DNA from: an uncultured delta proteobacterium
GTDB taxonomy: Bacteria > Desulfobacterota > Syntrophobacteria > Syntrophobacterales > Syntrophobacteraceae
Assembly: GCA_963808625.1 (NCBI GenBank)
Contig: CAWEHK010000008.1
Location: 1-64,000 of the forward strand
DNA: 64,000 bases
Direction of reading: 5' to 3'
Below are positions 9,657-22,138 of this stretch, one piece after another; the stretch's first letter is position 1; each line of letters opens with the position of its first letter. A program made the position numbers and the translations under genes. The notes beneath the pieces were generated by a model. That model had not been told where the DNA came from. It was given only the letters and a program-made list of their open reading frames with translations, and ran no database searches.

Positions 9657-11935
9657 ATGACTCGCTCTTTCTCCTTTCTTTTGGTCCTGCTGATGCTCGC
9701 GGTGACCAGCAGTGCAGGGGATCTTCCCCCGGCCGCGGTGTCCCGGGACCTGGAACTCGCCGGCCAGCGCTCGTCCTTCAGGACCAATGCCGCGGAGCTC
9801 ACCCCTGCCGGCGTGTCCGCATGGCGCACCCTCGAAAAGGATGGAGTTCATTGGCTGGTCACACCGGATGGGCAGCTTTTTTATTCCAAGGGCGTCAACT
9901 TCCTCGACAGCGGCAAAGAAAGCCTCAAGAGCAGGGAAAAGCAAGCCTTTTACTGGGGCAATTTCTTGCCGACCATCGAAGCCTGGCGCCGTGCAGCCGG
10001 ATCGCAACTCCTGGAATGGGGTTTCAACACCCGCGGGGGTTGGTCTGATCCTTCGCCCGAATTTGATCTTGCCCTCACGGTCGACCTCGAACTGGGGCGA
10101 AACTCGAAGTTCCACTGGTTTGACCCATTTGGTCCGGAACAGGAAAAGACCACTTTCGAATGGGCTGAAAAGTTAACGGCCCCCTACCGCAATGATCCCA
10201 AGCTCCTGGGCTATTTCAGCGACAATGAGGTTGGATGGTGGAATTCGGCGTTGTTTGTCTGGTACCTCGACAAGGGCTGGGAAAACCATACCAAACGCAC
10301 GCTCTGGCAGTTGCTTTATGACTACTACGAAGGTCGTTGGGACAAACTTTTGAAGGACTGGGTCCCGGCGGGCTCGATTTCGGGTTTTGAGGACCTCAAG
10401 CGGGCCGACTCCAAAATGAAGCTTCGCCCCGGTGGCTACGGTATCCGTCTGGTCAACCGCTTCATGCGCCTCTATTGCCGCCATTACTACAAACTGATGG
10501 CCGATGCGCTGAGACGCGCTCATCCCGGCGCCCTGCTTCTTGGCGACCGTTTGCCGCTCTACTACCACCAGGACGCCGTGCTCGCCATGGATGACTATGT
10601 GGATGTCATTTCCACCAATTACAATGTGGACGTTCCGGACGGCTGGGTGGCGCCTTATTATTTCGATGGACTCCGCCGCCTGAGCAAAAAACCCGTTCTG
10701 GTTACCGAGTTTTTCTTTGCTTCCGAGGAGAATCGCAGCGGCAATCAAAACGAGACCGCCCGCAATAAGTATCCTAAGCCGGGCCATCTCATGACCGTCA
10801 ACACTCAGACTGAACGCGCTATGGCATGAGGAACGCGATTCGCAATTTTGCCCGCTTCCCCAATGTGGTGGGCACCCACTGGTTCCAATACTGCGATGAA
10901 CCTCTTGGCGGCCGGGAAGACGGTGAGGATTACAACATGGGGCTGATCGATCTCGCCAACCGACCTTACGAGGAGGTCACGGAAGTATTCCGCCAGGGGA
11001 ACCCCAAGCTTGATGAGATCCATCGCGAGAGCGGCAATCGAAATGAGAGCGAAAGTGCCCCCCAAAAAGCAGGCGAGAGCTCTGTCAACGCTCTCGCCGG
11101 CGCGCCCCCTGCTAAACCTCAATCTCGCGCCTTCCAAACTCAGCACCCAGCACTTAACAAAGGGCGCCCAACCATCAACCATCAACCGTCAACCATCGAC
11201 TCTCAGCACTCAGCACCCAGCACCCAGCACTCAGCACTGCAGGCACCCAGCACCCTCACCAGCACTCACCCTCAGCACTCAGCACCCAGCACTCAGCACT
11301 ATTATTCGCCATACCCGGTAATCCGAGCAACCAGACCAATTAAGGTAACCGATCAGTCGCTCATGGACTGGGATAAGGAAAGAACACGGCTGCTCGATTT
11401 CCAGGCGCCGCCGCCCTATGTACCGTTTGGGGATGTCCACCTGGCGTGGGCGCCGGAAGGCCTCTACCTGGCGACCCTGGCCAATACTTTCGTGGACCCG
11501 GAGTTTCTCGCCTATCAGGGGGAGTTCCCGCTTGCCGAGACTTTCCAAATCCATTTGCAGGTCGGATCTTCGGGAAAAGTAAAACACTATGGCATTCACC
11601 TTATCCCTCAGCCCAATGCCGCCTTCCCTGACGGCTTTGAAGTGAAGCCTTACCTTTATCGCTATGCAAAGGGACGCCCGGCGGAACGGCTCCTGAATGA
11701 AGGAAAACTGCAGCGGATCGAGAAATCCTTGCCCCATATGGTCGTCGAGGCCTTTTTCCCGGCTGAGTGGTTTGGGGTCAAGGAGCTTCGTGCCGGGCTG
11801 AAGCTGCAGATGAATATCCAGGTGATGAGCTACTATCGCGAGTTCATCATGAGCTGGGCCGGGGCGCCGCAGCTGCAGCCCACAAAACTCTCGGAATCCT
11901 TAAGAGAAATTGTGCTCCAGGAGAGCGGCAACTGA
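9657..11935 (+). CDS. Exported clan GH-A TIM-barrel glycoside hydrolase (GH50/GH5-like) with low-complexity linker and C-terminal beta-sandwich (frameshift near 10826)
   Basis: Signal peptide; WLVTPDG, WGFNT, GYFSDNE (acid/base), VLVTEF (nucleophile), VVGTHWFQYCDE..GR.DGEDYNMGL. Confidence 0.75.
11137..11300 (+). repeat. Heptamer tandem repeat (CAGCACY / CAACCAT) inside the coding sequence
   Basis: Roughly 20 imperfect 7-bp units giving QHSAPST-like peptide repeats. Confidence 0.85.
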
Positions 11936-12127
11936 GACCTGCTGTCTGGTGATCTCGAGCCTTCATTCCTGCGAAGATGGGAATCCAGAGTACAGCGTAC
12001 GCGATCAATCCGCTGTTACTGCCAGTGTGCCCCATTGGGACCAAGAGTCAAAGAAATAGACTGTTTGGTTTCGTGGTTTTTTGAAAGCCTCCCTCGGTTG
12101 TCCTCCAAAAGGCAGGGGTGAGCCAGA

Positions 12128-15100
12128 GTGCCTGATACCTCGTCAAGTGACCAGAACAGAATTGATGGCTTTGATGCTGCGCAGGATTCGCCCACCTTCC
12201 TGAAAGATTTTCTGCTCCTGGATTTGGAAGCCGGAAAGAACCGAATTTATGGTATTGGGGCTGTCCTTGACGGCAAGGTCTTTGCGCGGCAGGGGAGATT
12301 CGACGTCAATGAAGCCCTGAGCGCTCTCGATAGTTTCGCCGAAAATGCCCAAGGGGTCCTTGGCCACAATATCCTGGAGCACGACCTGCCGATTCTTGAG
12401 AACCTGCAGCCGCGCCTGACCCTCCTTGGGAAGCCGGTTATCGATACCCTCTTTCTTTCGCCTCTGGCCTTTCCCGAAAATCCCTATCACCGCCTGGTGA
12501 AGGACTACAAACTGGTTAAAGACTCGGTCAGTGATCCGGTCGCTGATGCGAGACTCGCGGCCTCTGTCTTCCTCGATCAATGGGAGAGTTTCAGCAAAAT
12601 GGTCTCAGACGGGCACGCCGACATTCTTTCCTTCTACCGATTCTGCTTCGATATTCCTGATGGACCTGGCGGTGTTTCCTACCAGGGGAATAGCCTCGGT
12701 TTTCGCCACTCTCGGTGCAACGCCCGTCAGTGTTGACCAGGCTTGCGATATCCTTGAGGGAAACGTAATCAACCTCGTCTGCCGGTCGGCGTATCGCGAG
12801 CACCTGGTACCGGCCATCGAGGACCCAGCGGCGCGACCGGCTCTCTCCTATATCCTCGCGTGGCTGCGCGTTGCCGGCTCGAATTCCGTGCTGCCGCCCT
12901 GGGTACTCCGTCGCTTCCCTGAGGTGAGACGGACTCCTCAACCTGCTTCGCGCCACCCCCTGCACGGACATCAATTGTGCCTACTGCCGAGCAAATTTCG
13001 ACCCATCAAGCCAACTTCAGCGCTATTTCGGCTTTTCCCAATTCCGCCCCTCTCCCACCACCGATGAAGGCGCAAGTCTGCAGGAAGCGATCGTTGCGGC
13101 TGGAATGAATGATCGTCCCCTTCTTGCGATCCTTCCCACGGGAGGCGGGAAATCGCTCTGCTACCAACTTCCGGCGCTTGCTCGCTATTATCGCCTTGGC
13201 CTCCTGACGATTGTCATCTCTCCCCTGCAAGCCCTGATGAAAGACCAGGTCGACAATCTTGCCGAAATCACCGGGACCCCCTACGCTGCCGCAATCAATG
13301 GGCTGCTGACGCCGCCCGAACGAGGCGAGGTGTTTGAACGCGTCCGCCTTGGCGATATCGCCATCCTCTACGTTGCTCCGGAACAGCTTCGCAACCGATC
13401 GTTTCGGGAAACCATCGGTCTTCGTCAAATTGGGGCATGGGTGATCGATGAGGCTCATTGCATCTCCAAGTGGGGACACGATTTTCGCCCCGATTATCTG
13501 TACACGGCCCGCTTTATCCGGGAATTTTCAGCGGAACAGAAAGTGCCCTGTGCTCCCGTGGCCTGTTTTACCGCTACCGCCAAGATCGAAGTGAAGAGCG
13601 AAATCATCGATTACTTCGAAAAGGAGCTTGGCCAGGAGCTTGAGCTCTTCGAAGCCAGTGTGGAGCGGGAAAATCTTCATTTTGAGGTCCGTGCGGTCAA
13701 CCGGCCGGAGAAATATTCGGCCATTCATGAAATCCTCGCCGACCGCTTATCCGCGCCCATCAGCGGCAGCGCCATCGTCTACACCGCCACGAGAAAAGGC
13801 GCGGAAAGAATCGCTCAGTATCTGAAGGACCAGGGCTGGCGCTGCGAGGCCTTCCACGCCGGGCTCAACGCCGCCGAAAAGCGCGCCATCCAGGAGCAAT
13901 TTATCACCGGTGCGCTGCCGGTTATCGCTGCAACCAATGCCTTTGGGATGGGCATCGATAAGAAGGATATCCGCCTGGTGCTGCATGCGGACATCTCGGG
14001 ATCTTTGGAAAGCTATCTTCAGGAAGCGGGAAGGGCCGGCCGCGACCTGAGGAATGCGGAATGCGTCCTTGCTCTACGATGAAAACGATATCGAAACCCA
14101 GTTTAGACTCGGTTCGGCCTCCCAGCTCAGCCGCAAGGACATCGCCCAGATTCTCAGAGGGATCCGCAGCGCACGCCGCAATCGCGAGCAGGAAATCGTC
14201 ATTACTGCCGGGGAGCTGCTTCGCGACGAGGAGGTTGAGACCAGTTTCGATCTCAGCGATCGCCAGGCGGATACCAAGGTGAAAACCGCCATTGCCTGGC
14301 TTGAGAGAACCAGCTTCCTGGAGCGCAACGAAAACCAGACGCGGGTGTTCCAGGGAAAGCTTCTGGTAAAGAGTCTGGAAGAGGCCGCGAAAAAGATTGC
14401 CCGGCTCAATCTTTCTCCCACCCAGCAGGAACATTGGCTCACCATCCTGAGAGCCATGATCAATGCCGATAGCGATGAAGCACTCGATGCCGACCGGCTG
14501 GCCGAGCTGGCGCGAATCCCCGAACCAAAGCCAAGCGATGACGAGCCCGCCGCCAAACAGGATACGGCTTCGCAGCGGGTGATCCGCATTCTGCACCAAA
14601 TGGCTGAGGCGGGTCTCCTTGAGAAGGGTGTGATGCTCACCGCCTTCGTTCGCCATAAGGTGATAAATCCGTCTCGTCAAATTCTTGAAGCAGGTTGACG
14701 CGCTCGAAGAAGATATGCTCAGGCTCATGAGGGAAGAGGCCCCCGATGCGGAGGAGATTGGCTGGTCGACCCTTTCCCTGCGCGTGCTGAATCAGCGGTT
14801 GAAGGGACTCGGGCATGAGACCAATCCGGAAGTGCTGGCGCGGCTCCTCAGGAGTCTGAGCCTCGATGGCAGAGGTTTTGCGGGAAGCCACGGAAGCCTT
14901 CAGATCCGCCACAGTTACCAGGATCACTACCGGGTAAAACTTCTGAGAAGCTGGGATGGCGGTGATCGAAACATCGAAAAGGCGAAGGGCCATCGCCCGT
15001 GTCCTGCTCGATACCATCCTCGCGCAGATTGATCCCGATCAGCCCCCGAGCGGTGACCTCCTGCTCAGCTTTTCCACCAATGATCTTGCCAATGCGCTCA

Positions 15101-17412
15101 GGTCACACCTCTTTCTCTCCCGAGAGATCAAAGACCCGCTCGCCGCCATCGACCGGGGCCTGATGTTCCTGCACGAACAGAAGGCCATCATCCTCCAACA
15201 GGGGCTGGCGGTGTTTCGGCAGGCGATGAGTATCCGCATCCTCCCCGAAACGCAAAAACGCAGGTACGTCAAAGCCGATTATGAACCCCTTGCCCAACAC
15301 TACCAGGAACGCACCTTTCAGATTCATGTGATGAACGAATACGCCCGTCTCGGGCTGCGGGCGATCAGCCGGGCGCTCGAACTGGTGCTTGCCTATTTCA
15401 CCATGGATAAGGCCGCCTTCGTCAAACGATATTTTCCCGGAAGAAAGGAGATGCTCGAACGCGCCACGGGAGAAGCCTCCTATCAGCGCATCGTGAAAGA
15501 CCTCGGCAATCCCGTGCAAATGCAGATTGTCGCTGCCGGAGATGAAACCAACATGCTGGTTCTGGCCGGCCCCGGCTCCGGCAAGACCCGCGTGGTGGTC
15601 CACCGCTGCGCCTTCCTTATCCGCGTGCTTCGCACCCCGCCGGAGAGCGTCCTCGTCGTCTGCTTTAACCATTACGCTGCCGTTTCCCTGCGGCGGCGTC
15701 TGTTCGAACTGCTCGGCGAGGATGCCAGAGGCGTCACCGTGCAGACTTATCACGGAATCGCCATGCGCATCACCGGCGCCTCCTTTGCGGAATTGATCGA
15801 GCGGGGTCATGGTCGCGATGACGAGCTTCCCTTCAACGAACTCATCCCCGATGCCATCCGCCTGCTTCGCGGTGAAACGGAGCTTCCCGGACTCCCTCCG
15901 ATGAGTTGAGGGAACAGCTCCTCTCGAGCTTCCGTCACATCCTGGTTGACGAGTACCAGGATATAGACGAGTCGCAGTACGAGCTGATCTCGGCACTGGC
16001 GGGTCGAACGGATAACGATCCCGACCGAAAGCTCACGATTCTGGCCGTGGGGGATGATGATCAGAACATTTACACATGGCGCGGCGCCAACGTGGAATTC
16101 ATTCAAAGGTTCCGCGAAGACTATGACGCTAAAATCTGCTGCCTCGTGGAGAACTATCGCTCAACGGATCACATCATCGCCGCCGCAAACGCCCTCATTC
16201 GATGACAACAAAGACCGCATGAAAACCGGCCATCCGATCTGCAGGGACAATCTGCGGGCTGGTGATCCTCCCGGCGGCAGGTGGGCGAAGCTTGACCCCC
16301 TTGTCCAGGGACGCGTTCAGGTGATGGCGGTGCCTCACCTGGCGGCGCAGGCTGCGGCCCTCGTCGAAGAATGGAAACGGATGCAGGAACTGGATCCGGA
16401 CCTCACATGGTCAGATATGGCGGTGCTGGCCAGAACGAGGGAAAGCCTTGCACCGATTCGCGCCCTTTGCGAACATCACAATATTCCGGTTACCTGGGGC
16501 ATAGATCAGAAACGAAGCCCGGCGTTGCATCGCCTTCGCGAAATCGCCTGTTTCCTGGACCTGTTAAAAACTCAAAGGGAAAAGTTCCACCGCGCCTCGG
16601 AATTGCAGAACCTTCTGCAAGTGACGGCAGGAAGTCACATCAGAAATCCCTGGTGGGGGCTCCTTCGAGAGCTCCTTTCGGCGTGGGAGCATGAAACGGC
16701 TGACGCGGAACTTCCTGTCTCGCAAGTGATCGAATGGATCTATGAGAGCCTGCTCGAAAGGCGAAGGGAGCAGCGCCTCGGGCAGGGAGTGTTGCTCTCC
16801 ACGGTCCACGGCGCCAAGGGCATGGAATACCCGCACGTGTTCATCCTGGATGGAGACTGGAAAGTCAAGCCCTCGGAAAAACCTCGGGAAGAAGAACGGC
16901 GTCTGCTCTATGTCGCTATAACCAGGGCCCGGGAGACACTGTGCATCTTCCAGCGCCCGCATGCTCCCAATCCTTACCTGAATTTCCTCCAGGGTGAGTT
17001 CCTGATGTGGCGCAGGGCTGAACCCCGGGAGACGCCCCCGCCCGAGATCCTGAAGTTGCGCTATGAGCTGCTGGGAATGAAGGATATCGATCTCGGTTTT
17101 GCCGGCAGGCGCCCTCCCGACCACCCGATCCATCAGCACCTCTCGGCCCTGGAACCCGGCGCCACCCTGACGCCCCAAGCCGAGGGCTCGGCCATCACGC
17201 TTCACGACCCTTCCGGAAACCGAGTTGCCAGACTATCCACGAAAGCATCCCAACACTGGCTCCCGAAAATCTCAACAATCAGGCACATCCGGGTAGTCGG
17301 CATGCTGCGGCGCACCGCAAAAGACGAGGCCGAAGCCTTCAAACCTCAATGCAAATGTGAACAGTGGGAGGTGCCTTGGGTTGAGTTCCTCCACTTGCCC
17401 CGTGAAGACTGA
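12128..17412 (+). CDS. Large fusion of DnaQ-like exonuclease, RecQ (SF2) helicase and UvrD (SF1) helicase; about 7 frameshifts
   Basis: LDLE/GHNI..HD/DTL; PTGGGKSLCYQLP, DEAHCISKWGHDFRP, ATNAFGMGID, QEAGRAGRD; AGPGSGKT, VDEYQD, VGDDDQNIY, ENYRS, TVHGAKGMEY, EERRLLYVAITRA in consecutive ORF pieces. Confidence 0.85.
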
Positions 17413-17441
17413 TTTTTTCCGATCTAAGTGCAGCGCCACAA

Positions 17442-17553
17442 AATAAAGTGACCATAAACCTGACGCGTCATTCCGGTGAAAACCGGAATCCAGAAAAACG
17501 GCCTGGATACCGACTTTCGCCGGTATGACGATTTTGATTATGGACACTTTATT
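17442..17553. mobile_element. MITE-like shell around a GTCATTCC...GGAATCCAG palindromic repeat
   Basis: TIR AATAAAGTGACCATAA / TTATGGACACTTTATT (15/16); internal palindrome at about 17466-17530. Confidence 0.65.
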
Positions 17554-17625
17554 GTGAGGAGCTGTGTTGGGGGACGAGCGAATGCCGTCAGTAACTGAAG
17601 GTGCCTGTCTCAGTCCGTGGCTGTC

Positions 17626-18555
17626 TCATGCCAATGGTTTCCTGGCGGGTTTGATACTATACAAAGCCTGGTCTTCAGCCACTCCCAGATGCCCTGATTC
17701 ATCAGAGTACAGTTTTTCGAAGGACAGGCGAGGCCTGTAAAACATGTTCATATCGGTCGTCTCGGCCTTAAGAAAACGTGCAGCGAAACGGCAATATTCC
17801 AGGTCTATCTCGACCCCAACACTGTCGCGGCCAGTCCGCAATGCTGCAATCAGCGAAGTACCCGTTCCGCAGAATGGATCCAACACGGTGTCACCGACAA
17901 AAGAGAACATCTTAATCAAACGACTAGCAAGTTCGAGCGGAAAAGGAGCAGGGTGATTCTTTGTGGAAGCACCCGGAATAGTCCATATTTGCCTAAACCA
18001 GGTATTGAAGTCTTTCTTTTTAATTCTGCTCATGTCTCTTTGCCGTTCGGTGGGTTGTCTGTATCCACCCGGCTTTCTTTGCATCAGAATGAATTCTATA
18101 TCATTTTTGATTATGGCGTTTGGTTCATAGGGTTTGCCAAGGAATTTGGTACCGTTTTCCACTTCAAAGCAAGCGTTTGAAATTTTGTGCCAAATTATAG
18201 GATTAAGGTTGTCAAAACCAATCTTTCTGCAGGATACGCTGATGTCTGAATGCAGCGGAAAAACAAGATGACGCCCAAATTTCCTGCGAGACACACACAC
18301 ATCGCCGACCACACACACCAAACGTCCTCCTGGAACCAAAACACGGAATATATGACGCCATACCTTTTCGAGTTCGGCCACAAACAATTCGTAGTCGTCA
18401 ATATGGCCCAACTGATCCGGGTTTTCGTTGTAGCGCTTAAGGTTCCAATAGGGCGGGGAGGTGATGGCCAGATGAATTGATTCGTCGGAGAGAAAGGACA
18501 GATCACGGGCATCGGCGTTGATAAGGCGATGATGCGTTTCAATCACTTGATTCAT
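17626..18555 (-). CDS. N4-C/N6-A DNA methyltransferase (beta class)
   Basis: TSPPYW catalytic motif precedes HPAPFP and VLDPFCGTGT; lower GC than the flanks. Confidence 0.92.
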   Translation of the reverse strand: MNQVIETHHRLINADARDLSFLSDESIHLAITSPPYWNLKRYNENPDQLGHIDDYELFVAELEKVWRHIFRVLVPGGRLVCVVGDVCVSRRKFGRHLVFPLHSDISVSCRKIGFDNLNPIIWHKISNACFEVENGTKFLGKPYEPNAIIKNDIEFILMQRKPGGYRQPTERQRDMSRIKKKDFNTWFRQIWTIPGASTKNHPAPFPLELASRLIKMFSFVGDTVLDPFCGTGTSLIAALRTGRDSVGVEIDLEYCRFAARFLKAETTDMNMFYRPRLSFEKLYSDESGHLGVAEDQALYSIKPARKPLA

Positions 18556-18770
18556 TGAGTAAACGCTCCAACATGGGAAACAATGGACCTCGCAAAGTTC
18601 TCGAAAGCCAGGTCCTTGGCGGGTTCCCTGAATTCACCTTTGAGGCCGGTGTCAGTTTTGGAGGTCAGGAAGCATACCGAAGTGTAATGCCGTTCCAGAA
18701 TCAATTTCCGACAAAGCAATTCATACCTTTTCATGTAGGAGGCCCCAATGAATTCAGGGAACACCTTTGA
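18552..18770 (-). pseudogene. C-terminal relic of a PaeR7I/XhoI-type restriction endonuclease
   Basis: KVFPEFIGASYMKRYELLCRKLILERHYT resembles the family C-terminus; stop overlaps the MTase start (ATGA); 5' part missing. Confidence 0.7.
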
Positions 18771-18900
18771 TCTTCCCTGGTCATCCAGTAGTGAGCAACC
18801 GCATTTCTCAGATGTGTTTCGAGCTTGTTGAGCATTCTTTTCACAGCCCCGCAGCATTCCAATCAAAATAACCCGGTTGTTCCAAGAGCAATTTGGTCTG

Positions 18901-18945
18901 AAAATCCCGGAAAGAGCGGGCCGACTCTTTCCGGGATCTTCTTTT
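18901..18945. terminator. Hairpin terminator downstream of the yhdH-like gene
   Basis: 13-bp IR ATCCCGGAAAGAG / CTCTTTCCGGGAT with A/T tracts on both sides. Confidence 0.65.
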
Positions 18946-18998
18946 GCCTGCTGATTATATGCGAGATTGATAACCCTTCAGAAAATTTCTGCAATGGC

Positions 18999-20000
18999 TC
19001 AATCGGGCAGTCTTACGACCGTTCTCCCTTTGTGCTTCCGCTCCAGAATCATCGCGATCCGATCATCGAGACCCTCCAGGGGGACCTCCGTGGTCAATTG
19101 GTCAAGATCATCCAGTTTCCAGTCGCCGGCAATCTTCTGCCAGACTTTCAGACGGGTCGGCATGGGACAGTTTTGCGAATCGATGCCGATCAGGGTCACG
19201 GCCCGCAAAATGAAGGGATAGACGTTTGTGGGCAGGTCAGGTGCAGCGGCATTGCCGCAGCAGGTTACCGTGGCCCCATAGAGTGTGGACTTGAGCGTAG
19301 TCGCCAGAATCGGGCCGCCCAGGGTATCGATGGCGCCGGCCCAAAGCCCTTTCAGCAGCGGCCTGCTGCTGGTGTCCGTCGCCTCTTCGATACTGACGAC
19401 GGTCTTGGCTCCCAGCTTGAGGAGGTAGTCTTTTTCGTCCACAATCCCATTTACGGCGGCAACTTCATACTTTTCTTTGGCAAGGATCGAAACCGCAATG
19501 CTCCCGACCCCTCCGGTCGCGCCTGAAACCAGCACCGGTCCCTGGTCCGGAGTTATGCCGGAACCGAACAACTTGTAGACGGAAAGGGCCGCCGTAAAGC
19601 CCGCCGTGCCGTAGACCATGCTCTCCCGCAGGGACAGATTCGCCGGCTTTTTCACCACCCAGTCCGCCGGCACGCGGATATACTGACCGAACCCGCCCGA
19701 GGTATTCATGCCAAGGTCGTAGCTGGTGACAATGACTTCATCGCCGACGGCGAAATCACCGCTGAGGCTTTCCTCCACGATGCCCGCAGCATCAATTCCC
19801 GGAGTATGCGGGTATTTCCTGGTAACCCCCCGGTTTCCCGTGGCCGAAAGAACATCCTTGAAATTGAGGGACGAGTACTTCACTCTGACGAGCACATCAC
19901 CCTGGGGAAGTTCATCAAGACCCCTCTCCGTAACCTGCCTCGTAAACGTGCTGTCCTTCCCTTCCGTGGCGACCATTGCCTTAAATGTCTTCTGACTCAT
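18999..20000 (-). CDS. YhdH/AcuI family NADPH quinone oxidoreductase (acryloyl-CoA reductase-like)
   Basis: YSSLNFKD, PGIDAAG, GTAGFTAA, GATGGVGS and PFILRAV.L.GIDS motifs. Confidence 0.9.
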   Translation of the reverse strand: MSQKTFKAMVATEGKDSTFTRQVTERGLDELPQGDVLVRVKYSSLNFKDVLSATGNRGVTRKYPHTPGIDAAGIVEESLSGDFAVGDEVIVTSYDLGMNTSGGFGQYIRVPADWVVKKPANLSLRESMVYGTAGFTAALSVYKLFGSGITPDQGPVLVSGATGGVGSIAVSILAKEKYEVAAVNGIVDEKDYLLKLGAKTVVSIEEATDTSSRPLLKGLWAGAIDTLGGPILATTLKSTLYGATVTCCGNAAAPDLPTNVYPFILRAVTLIGIDSQNCPMPTRLKVWQKIAGDWKLDDLDQLTTEVPLEGLDDRIAMILERKHKGRTVVRLPD

Positions 20001-20230
20001 GACTCAGCTCCTTTAGTGATGGTTGACTTAGCGCCCTTCGAGCAGACTCCAAGCAATATCTACCCACAATGTCAAGCTCTTTTTGCAGCATCGGTAAACC
20101 GGTTGAGCTTGCAGATTCGCCGCCTATGATTTATCGTGCGCGAACAGATGGTAACGAAAATCCGAAGGCCTCTGCAGACGGGCCTAAAGGCTGTTATACC
20201 TGTTTAATTTGAAAAGTAACCGTTTATGAC

Positions 20231-20311
20231 TCACGCGGAGAGGCGGAGACGCGGAGATCGCGGAGAAAGACCATTCTCATAAAGCTCTGCGTCGTCTGCG
20301 GCTCCGCGTGA
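20231..20311. repeat. Palindromic element built from 9-bp CGCGGAGA-type units
   Basis: TCACGCGGAG... paired with ...CTCCGCGTGA. Confidence 0.7.
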
Positions 20312-20376
20312 AAATGAAACTTCTGAACCTTCGCGAGTATGGTTGGGGAGCATCCAAGAATTCAGGGCCTTCTCTT

Positions 20377-20418
20377 ACCACGAAGAACACGAAGTCATTT
20401 CTTCGTGTTCTTCGTGGT
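20377..20418. repeat. Perfect 18-bp inverted repeat (ACCACGAAGAACACGAAG)
   Basis: Direct inspection. Confidence 0.8.
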
Positions 20419-20515
20419 TCAAAAAAGGGCTGGAATGAGGGCCCGTTGTTTTTGGACAGTTCCAAGGACCGGAAGCCGCTGGTTAGATAACGCTTCATCC
20501 TAACAGGACAATCGT

Positions 20516-21995
20516 ATGCTCATCATACCCATGACCGGAAGAATAAGCTGGCGAAACCCTCCCTTCATCACGATGCTGCTGATCCTGGTGAATTGCCTGG
20601 TCTATTTTGCGATTCAGTCCGGAGACGAGAGAAAGTATCAGGAGGCAGCGGAATATTACCTGGAATCGGGTCTCGCCGAAATCGAGACCGCCAGGTTCAT
20701 ACAATACCTGAAAGCGGCCAACCGGTCGGGAGAGCTCTCCATTCCGGGAAACATGAAGATGAACGATCCGGTGGTTCTCGCCCATTTGCGCCAGAAAATG
20801 ATCGCCGACCGGGAGTTCATGAAGAAATTGAACAACAATGAGATCATTACCGAGATCGATCCGCAGTATTCCCGGTGGAAAGACCTGAAGAAACACTACG
20901 ACCAGATGCTCTCGGAGATCGTCGGCTACCAATACGGATACAAGCCGTCCGAGGGCAGCATCAAGACCGCGTTCACCTATATGTTTCTTCACGGCAGCGC
21001 ATCGCATCTCGTTGGGAACATGATTTTTTTGTGGCTGGTGGGATGCACCCTCGAGCTCGCGGGCAGGCGTCCGGTCTACGCCTTGATTTATCTTTTGACC
21101 GGGATGGTTTCGGCCATGGTTTACGGAACTGGTTTACCGAGGCAGCGTCGTGCCGCTGGTTGGAGCTTCAGGGGCAATTTCCGGTATTATTGGCGCCTAC
21201 ACGGTCCTCTACGGCATGAGGAAAGTAAAGATTTTCTTCTCCGTGGGGTTTTATTTCAGCACGGCAAAGGTGGCAGCGATCTTTCTGCTGCCCTTCTGGA
21301 TTGCCAACGAGGCGTACCAACTGTTCTTCGGAGGGGTCAGCAATGTTGCTTACGTCGGCCACCTCGGGGGTCTGGTGAGTGGTGCCCTGCTGGGGTTGAT
21401 TTGGGCAAAAGTGCTGGGTGGCGTCAGCGATGAAGTCCCGCTGGAGGAGCAGGCGGACCAGACCGCTGCATTGCTGGAAAGTGGTCTGCAAAAGCTTGCG
21501 GACCTCGACCTGGCGGGTGCACGGGCGGTGATGAACCAGGTCCTCGAGATGGAGCCGGACAATCGCGCTGCCCTGACTCACCTTTTCAACATCGAAAAGT
21601 TGAATTCCGGGCGCGAAGAGTTTCATACCACGGCGGCAAACCTCCTCCTTCGCCTGCAAAGGGAGCCCGATGCCGATCAAGCCCTCTTTGACGCTTACCG
21701 GGAATATTGCCGCGTGGTCAAAAACCCGAGGCTACCCACCGATTTGTGGTCGCGGCTGAGTTTGGCCTTTTCCGAAAGTTCCCACCTCGAGGATTCCGCA
21801 AAGATTGCCGCACTCCTCCTGCGCCACAACCCCCAGTTCCCCGCCGTTCCCCCGGTGCTGCTCAACCTCTCGCGAGCCTACCTCAGGGCGGGGCTCCGCG
21901 AGAAAGGCGAGCAATGCCTGCGGCTGCTCTGCCACCGCTACCCTGAGTCAGCCGAGTCGCAGATTGCCCAAGGACTGATGTCTGAACATTCCTAA
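20516..21995 (+). CDS. Rhomboid intramembrane serine protease with C-terminal TPR-like domain (frameshift near 21128)
   Basis: FLHG..HLVGNM, GASG (catalytic Ser), HLGG (catalytic His). Confidence 0.88.
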
Positions 21996-22034
21996 GTACT
22001 ACACCGAGGTTTCCGCTAGGGGACTTTAATTCTG

Positions 22035-22103
22035 GTGGGCAAAAAGACTTTCCAGCCTGCCTTTTGTCCAATTCGGCATGGCAGGCTGGAAAGCCTGCCC
22101 CAC
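22035..22103. repeat. REP-type doublet between convergent genes
   Basis: CTTTCCAGCCTGCC / GGCAGGCTGGAAAG inverted pair bounded by GTGGG/CCCAC. Confidence 0.7.
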
Positions 22104-22138
22104 AGAGTATTGTCCTTCATCCAAGTATCCTTGTAGTA

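Noticed and set aside
12128..17412. Programmed frameshifting or true pseudogene status of the helicase fusion
   Set aside because: No consistent slippery sites, and similar indels occur across the window
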